Shown here piece after piece: positions 29,782 through 39,437 of a stretch of DNA of 64,000 nucleotides (the stretch's first letter is position 1; every line of letters starts with the position of its first letter). The position numbers and the translations under genes were made by a program. The DNA lies in the NCBI GenBank assembly GCA_963706575.1, contig CAVPNL010000015.1:64001-128000 (forward strand). The letters are read 5' to 3'. The DNA is from an uncultured delta proteobacterium (GTDB lineage Bacteria; Desulfobacterota; Desulfobacteria; Desulfobacterales; JAHEIW01). Under the pieces are notes generated by a model. That model saw only the letters and a list, made by a program, of their open reading frames with translations, was not told where the DNA came from and did not search any database.

Positions 29782-31521
29782 ATGGCACAAAAAATAACCC
29801 ACGCCCATATCTTTGCCTCGACCAGCAACGGTGTCATCGCCACCGATGCCAACGGGGACATTGTTTTAATCAACCAGCAGGCGGCAACCATCCTGAAATT
29901 GGATGAAAAAGGTGCCATCGGCTCCCATATCCAGACCGTTTTACCGATGACGGGCCGTCTGGTTACAAAATGCCTGGAAAGTGGCGAGTCTCAATTAGGG
30001 CGCCACATTGTCGGTAAAAAAGTGAGTTTGGTGGTCAGCGTCACGCCCATCCTGGAAGATCAACGTATACTGGGAGCAATGGCTAATTTTCAAAAAATGC
30101 AGGACTTCGAGGACTCTGCCCAGCAGTTGGAATCGTATCGTCGATTGAATGTCCAGCTGGAAGCCATTTTTAAATCTTCCTCGGACGGAATCTGGTTGTG
30201 TGACGGCAACGGAAAAATAATCAAAATTAATGGGGCTTCTGAAAAGATCAACGCTATTAAGGCCAAAGACGTTGTCGGAAAAAATGTGCGTGAAATTGTG
30301 GAAGAAGGTCTGATGGATCGATCGGCAACGCTGGAGGTACTGGAGACCGAACGGCAGGTCAGCCTGCTGCAATACCTCAAAAAGACGAATAAATATTTGC
30401 TGGTTACGGGAACACCGGTATTCGATGAAGACGGGCGCATTTCGCTGGTGGTCGTCAATGAACGCGACATGACCCATCTGAATGTAATGAAAGAAAAGCT
30501 GGATCAAACCCGCATGGAAACGGAAAGATTCAAAGACGAACTGGTCGAGTTAAACCTCCTGGAATTGAAGGAACAGGAAATTATTGCCGAAAGCGAAGAG
30601 ATGCGGCAGGTGTTGAGGGTTGCGGTTAAACTTGCCAAAATGGAGGCCTCGAATATTCTGATTTTGGGTGAAACCGGCACCGGCAAGGGACTTTTGGCGA
30701 AATTCATCCATCAATACAGCCGTCGGCAAAAGAAACCGTTTATCCAGATCAACTGTGCGGCGCTACCTGAGACCCTGTTGGAAGCCGAGCTTTTCGGCTA
30801 CGAAAAAGGGGCCTTTACCGGTGCCCGGGAGCACGGCAAAATCGGCCTTTTTGAACTGGCCCATGAAGGCACCCTTTTTTTAGATGAGATCGGCGACCTG
30901 CCCCTCTCGGTTCAGGCCAAGCTTTTAAAATACCTGGATGACCATGAAATTATGCGCCTGGGCGGCATCAAACCCAAACAGGTTGACTGTACCATCATCG
31001 CGGCCACCAACCGCAACCTCGAAGCCCGCAGCCGGCAACGCAAATTTCGTCAGGATTTGTTTTTCCGGTTAAATACATTTGTAATGCAGATTCCCCCGCT
31101 TAAAGAAAGGCCGGATGACATTTTCGAACTGGTAAATCATTTATTGGCGAAGTATAACCAGCAATACGCACTGCGGCGCCGCATTTCCCCCGGTGCTATG
31201 GAGCAGATAAAATCATATTCGTTTCCCGGCAATGTCCGCGAACTGAAAAACATCATTAAGATGGCGGTCATGATGAGCGAAGCGGATTCATTGGATGACT
31301 ATATTTTGAGAAATTTAAAAACATCCGTTTTTGAACATACCGATTACGCTCAGAAACCCGGCGGCCAGATGAGTTTAATCGAAGAAACGGGCGCTTTTGA
31401 AAAAAGATTATTGCAAAACGCCATGACGGACTTTAAAACGACTCGAGAGATGGCCCGCTTTCTGGGGATAAATCAATCGACCGTCGTCCGCAAAATGAAG
31501 AAACACGATCTTGCTTGGTGA
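29782..31521 (+). CDS. sigma54-dependent transcriptional activator (two PAS domains, AAA+, HTH)
   Basis: GETGTGKG, NCAA, ELFGYEKGAFTGA, FLDEIG, PGNVREL and C-terminal LGINQSTVVRK. Confidence 0.95.
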   Translation: MAQKITHAHIFASTSNGVIATDANGDIVLINQQAATILKLDEKGAIGSHIQTVLPMTGRLVTKCLESGESQLGRHIVGKKVSLVVSVTPILEDQRILGAMANFQKMQDFEDSAQQLESYRRLNVQLEAIFKSSSDGIWLCDGNGKIIKINGASEKINAIKAKDVVGKNVREIVEEGLMDRSATLEVLETERQVSLLQYLKKTNKYLLVTGTPVFDEDGRISLVVVNERDMTHLNVMKEKLDQTRMETERFKDELVELNLLELKEQEIIAESEEMRQVLRVAVKLAKMEASNILILGETGTGKGLLAKFIHQYSRRQKKPFIQINCAALPETLLEAELFGYEKGAFTGAREHGKIGLFELAHEGTLFLDEIGDLPLSVQAKLLKYLDDHEIMRLGGIKPKQVDCTIIAATNRNLEARSRQRKFRQDLFFRLNTFVMQIPPLKERPDDIFELVNHLLAKYNQQYALRRRISPGAMEQIKSYSFPGNVRELKNIIKMAVMMSEADSLDDYILRNLKTSVFEHTDYAQKPGGQMSLIEETGAFEKRLLQNAMTDFKTTREMARFLGINQSTVVRKMKKHDLAW

Positions 31522-31532
31522 AAGGAAGGATT

Positions 31533-32689
31533 ATGATTATGCGGCTTGATGAAATTGAATTAACGCAAAAGCTGGTTCAAACACCCAGCCTTTCGGGATC
31601 AGAAGGCGCGGTTGCAGATCTAGTCGAGGATGCCATGAATGCACTTGGCTTCCGCAGTGTATTCCGGGATGCGTTGGGCAATGTGGTGGGTGTAGTGGGT
31701 CCTGAAGCGGAAACAACTGCATTGCTATTCGATGCCCACATGGATGTTGTGCCGCCTGCAGGTGAGTGGCGGACGGATCCCTTTGGCGGGGAGATTATTG
31801 ACGGTCGTCTCTACGGTCGGGGTTCGACGGACATGAAGGGCGCGCTTGCGGCCGCCATTTGTGGCGTTGCTACTGCAGCAAAATCCGGCAGCCTCGTTCG
31901 TCAGGTGGCAGTGAGTGCAACAGTTTTGGAGGAAACCCTGGAATGCGTGGCGCTTGGCGCCGTTGTTGAAAACCTGAGGCCCGCACAGGTCGTGATCTGT
32001 GAGCCTTCGAATTTAACGATTAAATTGGGGCAAAAGGGTCGGGCCGAAATTTTGCTGACTGTCAAAGGAATACCCGCCCATGCGGCCTTTCCCGCTCGCG
32101 GCAAAAATCCGATTCTTCTTGCCGCAAAAGGCGTTGGATGCACTGGAGAAAATCGAATTGCCGGAAGATCCTTTTATGGGGGAAGCCATCCTTGTGGCAA
32201 CGGACATCATCAGTGATCCGTATCCATCGATCTCACTTATCCCCCCCCGGGTGGCAGTCCGTTTCGACCGGCGCACCCTACCGGGGGAAACTGAAGAAAT
32301 CATTCTCAATCAAATCCTTAACGCACTCAAAAGCGTTGATGAAAATGCCTTTTCTCTTTCGGTAACCCGGGATACGGTCCAGACGTACACGGGAAAGGTT
32401 ATCGAGGCTCCGCGTCTATTCGCGGCCTGGAAAGTAGAAAGGGACATCCCCCTGGTCAAAGCGGCGCAGGCCGGCGTAATTGCAGCAGGGCTGGAACCCC
32501 AGTTCGGTTTTTGGGGATTCTGCACGAACGGCTCAGAAACTGCCGGAAAAAGAAAGATCCCCACGATCGGGCTGGGGCCCGGCCTAGAGGATGATGCGCA
32601 CATTACCGATGAGTCCATCAGTGTTGAGGCATTGAGGCAAGCGAAAATCGCATATGAACATCTAGATGCTGAACCTTGCCACCGACTAA
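31533..32689 (+). CDS. M20/M25/M40 metallohydrolase (YgeY/ArgE/DapE-like); apparent frameshifts near 32125 and possibly 32665
   Basis: DAHMDVV, GRGSTDMKG, EE, CEPS and HAA.P; continues in the next frame with TNGS, GLGPG and AH..DE. Confidence 0.8.
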
Positions 32690-32694
32690 AAATG

Positions 32695-32835
32695 GTTTCA
32701 GGTGTCAGGTGTCAGTATAAAGATGACAGAAGACAGAGAAAAGATAGAAGTAGGGTCGGCCTCCGTGCCGACTTCAGATCGGCGGGCACCGAGACCCGCC
32801 CTACCAGTCAATGCTGACACCTGAACACTGACACC
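32695..32835. repeat. Inverted 7 bp tandem repeats (GGTGTCA / TGACACC) enclosing a GTAG...CTAC REP-like doublet (32750-32804)
   Basis: tttcaggtgtcaggtgtcag ... ctgacacctgaacactgacacc. Confidence 0.7.
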
Positions 32836-32907
32836 CGCCTGCGCGGCCGTAGCCGCTTCGGCGCGGCGAAGGCCCGAAACCTTAAATAAAGAAAGGGTTG
32901 TAGACCC

Positions 32908-34092
32908 ATGGATCACGTCCTCTGGTGTAATCGGCATCCGCTGGTATTACCGGATATCGTCAAAGGTGAAGGCTGCTACCTGTATGACCTTCAGGGCCGC
33001 AAATATCTCGATTTGGAATCGGGGATCTGGTGCCTGCCGCTCGGCCACTGCCACCCCCAAATTAATGATGCCATCCTGGCACAGGCCGGTATACTCGCGC
33101 ATTCCGGGTACTGCTACGCAAATCCAATTATGGAACAGGCATCCAGCACCGTATTGGACATTTTAAATATGCCGGATGGCAAGTGCGTATTTCTGAGCTC
33201 GGGGAGTGAGGCGGTGGAATTCGGGGTCCAGGCGCTGCAAAAAATTACGGACAAGCCGCTGATCCTCACCCTTTCCGACTCTTTTCTGGGGTCCTATGGC
33301 TCGGCCGGAAACAAGCGCAAGGATGAATGGTATCTATTTGATTGGCAGGAATGTTCGATTTGCAATTCTTCAGAAAAATGTAACCCGGAATGTCGCTATT
33401 TTTCAGAAATTCCGTTTAGTCGCATCGGGGGATTCGTATTTGAGCCCGGCAGTTCGTCGGGTCTTGTCAGGTTTCCGCCAAAATCATTCATCCAGAATAT
33501 CGTAAAATTTATCCGTCAGCATGATGGTTTCATACAGATCAATGAAATAACAACCGGGCTCGGGCGAACCGGCAAATGGTTCGGGTTTCAGCATTATGAC
33601 ATCAATCCCGATATTGCTTCCATGGGCAAGGGCCTGGGCAACGGTTATCCGGTAAGCGCCATCGCGATGACGCCGGAAATCATCGAACATTTGAGCAACA
33701 AGTCATTCTATTACTACCAATCTCATCAGAACGATCCGCTCGGATGTGCGGTCGCAAAAGCCGTTATCGAAATCCTGCATGAAGAAAAAATAATTGAAAA
33801 AAGTAAAGCGGTTGCAGACTATTTTCTTAACGAGCTGCAGCAATTAAAACAAAAATATTCAATCATTCAGGAAATCAGAGGCCGGGGGCTGATGTTCGCC
33901 ATTGAGTTTGAAGACACGCTGGCAGATGATTTATTATCTGATCTTTACGTGCAATGTATTCAGCGGGGGTTTATTCTGGCAAAGCGCCCGGGATTGAATG
34001 TATTTCGCCTGGATCCCCCCTTAATTATCCAGAAAGAAGATATCGATCAATTTCTGGAAACATTTGATCAACTTTTGGATGAATTAGGCTGA
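32908..34092 (+). CDS. Class-III PLP-dependent aminotransferase family protein
   Basis: KGEGCYLYD..G..YLD, LGHCHP, SGSEAVE, NEITTGLGRTG, GKGLGNG and RGRGLM. Confidence 0.88.
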   Translation: MDHVLWCNRHPLVLPDIVKGEGCYLYDLQGRKYLDLESGIWCLPLGHCHPQINDAILAQAGILAHSGYCYANPIMEQASSTVLDILNMPDGKCVFLSSGSEAVEFGVQALQKITDKPLILTLSDSFLGSYGSAGNKRKDEWYLFDWQECSICNSSEKCNPECRYFSEIPFSRIGGFVFEPGSSSGLVRFPPKSFIQNIVKFIRQHDGFIQINEITTGLGRTGKWFGFQHYDINPDIASMGKGLGNGYPVSAIAMTPEIIEHLSNKSFYYYQSHQNDPLGCAVAKAVIEILHEEKIIEKSKAVADYFLNELQQLKQKYSIIQEIRGRGLMFAIEFEDTLADDLLSDLYVQCIQRGFILAKRPGLNVFRLDPPLIIQKEDIDQFLETFDQLLDELG

Positions 34093-34274
34093 TGATGGGT
34101 CGCCGATGAGGCTTTTTCATGCATGAGATCGCATCGATTGCCGGTAAATCAGCCGGAATCATATCGCTTGCGGCATAAGTTCCTTTGTCAACCTGTTTGC
34201 CATTGAAAAGTGGATTTTCTCCATGGCCGTGTATCCGGTGTCAATGATTTTTCTAATCGGCATTGTGACGGTTT

Positions 34275-34583
34275 TTGTGTTGTGGACCAAGAGCTGCGGA
34301 TACTGAGGCGTGTTGCCCATCCGTCATTCCCGCGCAGCAGACTGTGTCATAATTCAAAAAATCGGTTGATTCTTGCCCGTCATGCCGGACTGATCCGGCA
34401 TCCAGTAGCATAACATACTGAAAGAAAGATGATTCGGGTCAAGCCCGGAATGACAAATCAGCAGGAATTGTCGCTTTGTCAATTGCGACACAGTCTGGCA
34501 GGCGGGAATCCAGGCGTCTTTGAACTGGACTCCCGCCTGCGCGGGAGTGACGTTTTGTAACTTATTTGTAGGACACTACATTA
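34275..34583. mobile_element. MITE family B copy 2, interrupted by a nested element
   Basis: Matches 39221-39384 on both sides of the insert; its right end overlaps the TAA stop of the minus-strand MttB-like gene. Confidence 0.75.
34338..34497. mobile_element. Nested 160 bp MITE with IS1182-like ends and a 4 bp target duplication
   Basis: CAGACTGTGTCATAATT ... AATTGCGACACAGTCTG, flanked by GCAG (34334-34337 and 34498-34501). Confidence 0.8.
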
Positions 34584-36065
34584 AGCATCAATGCCCTTTT
34601 CTTTTTCATAGGCAGCGACAATCTCTTTCATGCGATCGGCAGCGCCTTCGGGCAACGCCCTGGGCTCGTGATTAGACAGCAGTTCTGTCGCTTTTTCCCT
34701 GGCGCGTTCATACAAGCTCTGGCGGCCTGCGCCGACCCACTGCTCATAACCCGTGCGGCAGAAAAGACCGGCTTCAGACATATCGCGCATATGATTGAAC
34801 GTATGGTCATGCTGCAAATAATTGCCACCGGGCCCCACCTGATCGATAACATCAAGAGCCAGCGTCTCCTCGTTTATCTGGATGCCTTCGATCATCTTGC
34901 GAATGTAACGAAACATTTCATGGTCAATCACCATTTTGCCATAGTCAAAGGTGAGTATGGAGTTGATGCTGCCGCCGCCCATAATGATGTTTGCACCGGC
35001 GAGGGCTAAAAACAGGGCGTTCAGGGTACCTTCAAGAATCGCCTGGGCATCGACGATCTTGCTGTCGTTATACCCGGCCCCCCCAGCCCAGTATGGCAAT
35101 CGATAGTATTGGGCTAACTGGGCGCTGGCCGCGTTGATTAGGCCCGTCTCAGGGGCGCCGAGGGCACCGAGACCGGTTTTGAGGTCCATCATCACGCTGG
35201 TCTGTGAATAGGTGTAAGGCGCCCCCTTGTTGGCCAACTGGTTCAGCACCAGCAGGCTGAGAATCTCGGCGTTGGATTGCACCAGCGTCCCGGCCAGCGT
35301 CACCGGTGAGGTTCCCCCGGCCATCGTCATGGAAATACCGACCACATTAACGCCCTGGCGGGCAGCCGCAATGGTGATATCAGAGCAAGTCGCCAGGATG
35401 AACAGGGGCGAGCTGACCGTTAAATTCATCGTAATGCAGGGCCGATCGTTGAACGTATCAAGGCTACCGCAGCACTCGGCAGCCATCTGAACAATACGGT
35501 TGAATTTTTCGACACTGCCGGCACAGCCCATAATATGCTTGGAGGTGTTAGCCAGCATGGCTTCAAAGTTATGCAGCTGGATGCTTTCAGTCGGGCAATC
35601 GGTCGGCAGTCCCGCCCGCTCGAAAACCATCACTTCGTCCAGCGCATCACATAACCTGGCGACATCGGCGCTGTCCTGCTTTACAAACGGCCGCGTATCA
35701 CCGCTTTTCAGATCGACCACACTGGGAACCACGCCGACGTTTGTGAAACTATAACGATTGGGTTCGGCCACAAAGTCATCTTCAGGCGTTCGGCCATAAA
35801 ACGTAATGGTGCTCGGAGCGGATTGAATGCTGTCCTCAACCAGGTGGGCCGGAATTTTTACCAGGGCATATCCATCACTTTTCTGCACCGCGGCACCGCC
35901 GGATTCGAATAATTCGGCTGCCAGCCGGCTTTCGACTTTGACGCCCGTTCTTTTGAGTACCTGCAGCGTGGCATAATGCAGTGAGTCAAGCTCATCATTG
36001 GATAACAGTTTTAATCCACTGGATGCCATTGAATCAAACCCGGCTTTGGTTCCATATTTGGCCAT
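34581..36065 (-). CDS. Second non-pyrrolysine MttB-superfamily methyltransferase
   Basis: 494 aa; NTSKH, SSPL, GGTSPVTLAG, GAPETG, YYRLPYWAGGAGYNDSKIVDAQA and GPGGNYL..HT; no in-frame TAG. Confidence 0.9.
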   Translation of the reverse strand: MAKYGTKAGFDSMASSGLKLLSNDELDSLHYATLQVLKRTGVKVESRLAAELFESGGAAVQKSDGYALVKIPAHLVEDSIQSAPSTITFYGRTPEDDFVAEPNRYSFTNVGVVPSVVDLKSGDTRPFVKQDSADVARLCDALDEVMVFERAGLPTDCPTESIQLHNFEAMLANTSKHIMGCAGSVEKFNRIVQMAAECCGSLDTFNDRPCITMNLTVSSPLFILATCSDITIAAARQGVNVVGISMTMAGGTSPVTLAGTLVQSNAEILSLLVLNQLANKGAPYTYSQTSVMMDLKTGLGALGAPETGLINAASAQLAQYYRLPYWAGGAGYNDSKIVDAQAILEGTLNALFLALAGANIIMGGGSINSILTFDYGKMVIDHEMFRYIRKMIEGIQINEETLALDVIDQVGPGGNYLQHDHTFNHMRDMSEAGLFCRTGYEQWVGAGRQSLYERAREKATELLSNHEPRALPEGAADRMKEIVAAYEKEKGIDA

Positions 36066-36179
36066 GGTGATTTTCCTTTCTTTAAGGTTTGCTCCCGTTT
36101 AACCATCACCGGGAGCAAAAATCAATCCAAAGTCTGAAAAGAAATATATGTAATTAATACAGATAGCTAATATAAATTT

Positions 36180-36328
36180 ACGGATCTATAACCAATAAAA
36201 AGGATTAATAATAATTAATTGTAATTTCTATGGGTTATAGGACATTGAGATGCCTACTGGGAAAATTCCAAATTCTTTAGTTTTTAAAGCGTTACGAAAA
36301 TTTAGTCTTCTTTTGGGTTATAGTTCCG
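36180..36328. mobile_element. Degenerate IS-end pair related to the 38664-38950 element
   Basis: ACGGATCTATAACCAATAAAAAGG on the left; CTTTTGGGTTATAGTTCCG on the right. Confidence 0.55.
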
Positions 36329-36530
36329 AAATATTATAACCGATTTAATTTCAAGCGGCGCGAAATTTGAGTTTTATGTTGGAATTAAAGCATCCTTATA
36401 CAAGGCAACCTAAAATAATCACCTGTATGTATACCCATCAAACTGCTGCTTCCCCCAAGAGGATACGCACATAAAAAACGAGGCACTTCTTTTATGATAT
36501 TGATTATTTTTTCTTGACAAGATGGTGTAG

Positions 36531-36557
36531 TGATATAGTGATGTCATCACTATATCA
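36531..36557. promoter_or_regulatory. Perfect 13 bp-arm palindrome, probable operator upstream of the FadR-type regulator
   Basis: TGATATAGTGATG-T-CATCACTATATCA, downstream of TTGACA at 36514. Confidence 0.6.
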
Positions 36558-36602
36558 TTCATAAGCTAAATAGTAACCATAAGACTCACGGAGGGGAGCA
36601 CA

Positions 36603-37307
36603 ATGTTTAAAACAATGGAAAGACCACGAAAAATTTACTGCGATGTTGCGCTACAAATTGAAGACGCTATTGTTTCTGGAGAACTCCGCGAGGACGAAAT
36701 ACTTCCCAGCGAACGAAGTCTTGCCATAACATTTGGAATAAGCCAGAGGACACTTAGGGAAGCGCTGCGAATACTAGAGGAGAAGGGGCTTGTTGAAACC
36801 AAACAAACCGGTAACATGGTTAAGTTGCCGACCACAGATAAAATTAGTCAGAGTTTGGATCTATTAATCAGGTTGAATAAAGTTTCCGCGGCTCATCTTC
36901 TCGAATTACGTGATCACCTTGACCCAGGCATAGCAAAAAAAGCCGCTCAGCGTGCTAGCGCAGAGGACATAAAGAAACTAGAACAATATCTTTCAGATAT
37001 AGAACGAAACCTAAATAGCCCGGAATTTGATTGGGATCTGATGTTAGAGAATGACCGAAAAATGCACATCTGTATAGCCGAAATAACTGGGAATCAACTT
37101 TATGTTTGGCTAACAACAACTCTTATTGATCAGTTTTATAATTATATCAATAGTTGGAAGAATGAAGATATGGTAACCGCAAGTGAAAACTTTCAGTCTC
37201 TCTCTCGGATAGTAGACGCATTAAGAAGTCGAGACCCCAAGGCGGCATTATTAGAGGCTAAAAAACATGTTAAAATAGGTAAGAAGCATATAAAAGTTGT
37301 TGCCTGA
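36603..37307 (+). CDS. GntR/FadR family regulator
   Basis: LPSERSLA..FGISQRTLREALRILE; FCD-type C-terminus. Confidence 0.9.
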   Translation: MFKTMERPRKIYCDVALQIEDAIVSGELREDEILPSERSLAITFGISQRTLREALRILEEKGLVETKQTGNMVKLPTTDKISQSLDLLIRLNKVSAAHLLELRDHLDPGIAKKAAQRASAEDIKKLEQYLSDIERNLNSPEFDWDLMLENDRKMHICIAEITGNQLYVWLTTTLIDQFYNYINSWKNEDMVTASENFQSLSRIVDALRSRDPKAALLEAKKHVKIGKKHIKVVA

Positions 37308-37397
37308 TAGGACTACAAAGAATTCGTATGTGTTTTGGAGGATGTTACTTAAAATATAATAATGTAGCCCTAATAAATTAAAAGAAAGGAGATTGCA

Positions 37398-38492
37398 ATG
37401 ATTGACAAAAGAAGAATTGCAGTTCTGGGTGGAGGGCATGGCGCTCACGCGATGGCCGCCGATTTTGTATCGCGAGGATTCAAAGTAAACATGTATGAGA
37501 TGCCTGAGTTTAAAGATAATATTAAGCAGCTATTTGAAACAAAAACGATTGAAGCAGAAGGAAGTATAAAGGGTAAGTATGCTATAGAAAAAATAACATC
37601 AGATATTGAAGAAGCAATTGAAGGTGTAGGATATATTACCGTCGTTACGCCTGCTTTTGCCCATAAAGGGTATGCCAACCTACTTAAGGGGAAAGTTAGC
37701 AAAGAACAGATAATAGTACTTTATCCAGGGGCATTTGGCGGGCTAATATTCAAGAATATATTTGGAGAAAATGAATGTCCGATAATCGCTGAAACAAATA
37801 CTCTGCCCTATGATACGCGATTGAGTGGCCCCTGCAAGGTGATCATACATGGTTTCAATGATACAAATATTGCATTTATGCCGGGAGAGAAGGGACCGGA
37901 ATTGCTTGATGAATTACGGAAGCTTCATCCCTTCGTTAGGGCGTATAATGATATAATGGAGGCAGGCTTGAGTAATATAAATCCGACTGTTCATGCAGGC
38001 CTCTGCCTTTTTAGTATAAATGATATTGAGAATTGGCCCAAAAGACCATTCTTTTTATATGAGCATGGTGTGACTAGGTCTTCAGCAAAATTTGATCTCG
38101 TTCTTGAGAATGAACGAAAAATGATTGGGGAAAAATTTGGATATAAACTTACGGCTCTTAATGATCTTTTAGGCTTAAGGGAAGGATACGCTTGGCAAGA
38201 CCTGTATCAAGGCATTCATGGTAATATTTCTTTAACTCCGATTAGTGGACCTCATGATATATTTAATCGATATTTTACGGAAGATGTGCCATATGGTTTT
38301 GTTCCGTGGAGTTACTTGGGGAGGTTGGTTGGTGTTGAAACAAAATATATGGATATAGTAGTCAATATTTACAATATAATCCATGACAAGGATTGGTGGA
38401 AAGAAGGGTGGAATATTAGTGATCTCGGTCTGGAGGGAATGAATGTTCCACAGATAAAGAATTATTTGACTACAGGCAAGAAAAACATTTAA
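37398..38492 (+). CDS. NAD/NADP-dependent opine (octopine/nopaline) dehydrogenase family protein
   Basis: AVLGGGHGAHA.A, ETNTLPY, N.NP.VH and RYFTEDVPYG. Confidence 0.9.
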   Translation: MIDKRRIAVLGGGHGAHAMAADFVSRGFKVNMYEMPEFKDNIKQLFETKTIEAEGSIKGKYAIEKITSDIEEAIEGVGYITVVTPAFAHKGYANLLKGKVSKEQIIVLYPGAFGGLIFKNIFGENECPIIAETNTLPYDTRLSGPCKVIIHGFNDTNIAFMPGEKGPELLDELRKLHPFVRAYNDIMEAGLSNINPTVHAGLCLFSINDIENWPKRPFFLYEHGVTRSSAKFDLVLENERKMIGEKFGYKLTALNDLLGLREGYAWQDLYQGIHGNISLTPISGPHDIFNRYFTEDVPYGFVPWSYLGRLVGVETKYMDIVVNIYNIIHDKDWWKEGWNISDLGLEGMNVPQIKNYLTTGKKNI

Positions 38493-38506
38493 GGAAAGGA
38501 GGAAAT

Positions 38507-38663
38507 ATGAATACGTCTAAAATGAAAGGAATCGCTATTTTATTGGTTTTTGCCGTTTGTATGATCGTGGTGCCCGTAATCAGCCAGGCAGCTGAGGCGA
38601 AATATAAGATAAAATTAGGTTCTCATCACCCAGATAGTCATGCAGCTATTCAAACATTAAAAA
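38507..38663 (+). pseudogene. 5' fragment of a TRAP DctP-like substrate-binding protein, truncated at an IS end
   Basis: Signal peptide then KYKIKLGSHHPDSH; the ORF runs into the inverted repeat at 38664 and no remainder follows. Confidence 0.65.
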
Positions 38664-38950
38664 ACGGAATTATAACCCATAAAAAGGCTGCTTTTTAGTC
38701 AAACAGGTTCAAGGCACAAAATACCGCCATTTAATGATCTTCGTAACTGTCTACCGGAAGCACGAGATAGAAGTGATTTAAACTTTATTATAACCGACAT
38801 TGGTTTCATGACCAGTTTGAGGTCACCTTTGCAAATTTTGCTCTGAGTGATCGATGTTCATAATATCTCCTCCTTTTTTTGAGGAGATATTACCAAACTA
38901 GTTTGTCACATCAGGACAATTTGCAGCCTTTTTCTGGGTTATAGTTCCGT
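38664..38950 (-). mobile_element. Internally deleted IS (287 bp) with 28 bp terminal inverted repeats
   Basis: ACGGAATTATAACCCATAAAAAGGCTGC vs reverse complement ACGGAACTATAACCCAGAAAAAGGCTGC (26/28); RBS and start inside a 12 bp hairpin (38861-38892). Confidence 0.75.
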
Positions 38951-38977
38951 AAATTTAAGGCTCAACCCGTTTTTTGT

Positions 38978-39117
38978 TGATGCTAAATTGCATCAATAAA
39001 AAATTAAGTGTTTGAAAATAATTAGTTTTTTTATTTGTTATCCTTGATGCTATATGGCATCAAAAAATCTATCAGTATCTCAGAGAGTTATTTTTATTGC
39101 GATGCGAGTTTGCATCA
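38978..39117. promoter_or_regulatory. Three enhancer-like palindromes
   Basis: TGATGCTAAATTGCATCA 38978-38995, TGATGCTATATGGCATCA 39045-39062 and CGATGCGAGTTTGCATCA 39100-39117. Confidence 0.7.
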
Positions 39118-39191
39118 AAGCTACTGTGGCCCTTTTCCCTAAACAAACGTAACTATTTATAATTACATAAAATTTTTTATTAACCCATCAT

Positions 39192-39207
39192 TGGCATGCA
39201 TTTTGTT
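39192..39207 (+). promoter_or_regulatory. Putative sigma54 promoter (variant -12)
   Basis: TGGCAT-GCATT-TTGTT downstream of the three palindromes; -12 has GT rather than GC. Confidence 0.55.
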
Positions 39208-39220
39208 AATTAATTTATGA

Positions 39221-39384
39221 TAGTGCTGTGTCCCAGAAATATTGTCTAAAATATTACTAGGTACTGAGACGTGTTACCCATCCGTCATTCCCGCGCAGGC
39301 GGGAATCCAGGCGTCTTTGAACTGGACTCCCGCTTGGGCGGGAGTGATGATCATTTTGTAACTTATTTGTAGGACACAACACTA
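39221..39384. mobile_element. MITE family B copy 3
   Basis: TIR TAGTGCTGTGTCC / GGACACAACACTA; inverted copy of 15333-15496. Confidence 0.8.
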
Positions 39385-39437
39385 GTGGCAAAATTTAAAT
39401 TCTCTTTCCCCCTAATAAACGATTGATAGACTTATAA

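Noticed and set aside
27639..36065. Pyl in the two MttB-family genes
   Set aside because: Both frames are open through the Pyl-equivalent region, with sense codons (Leu; Gly/Tyr region) and no TAG.
36088..36119. Riboswitch or terminator upstream of the second MttB-like gene
   Set aside because: A single hairpin without a following U-tract on either strand and no recognisable cobalamin or other aptamer consensus.
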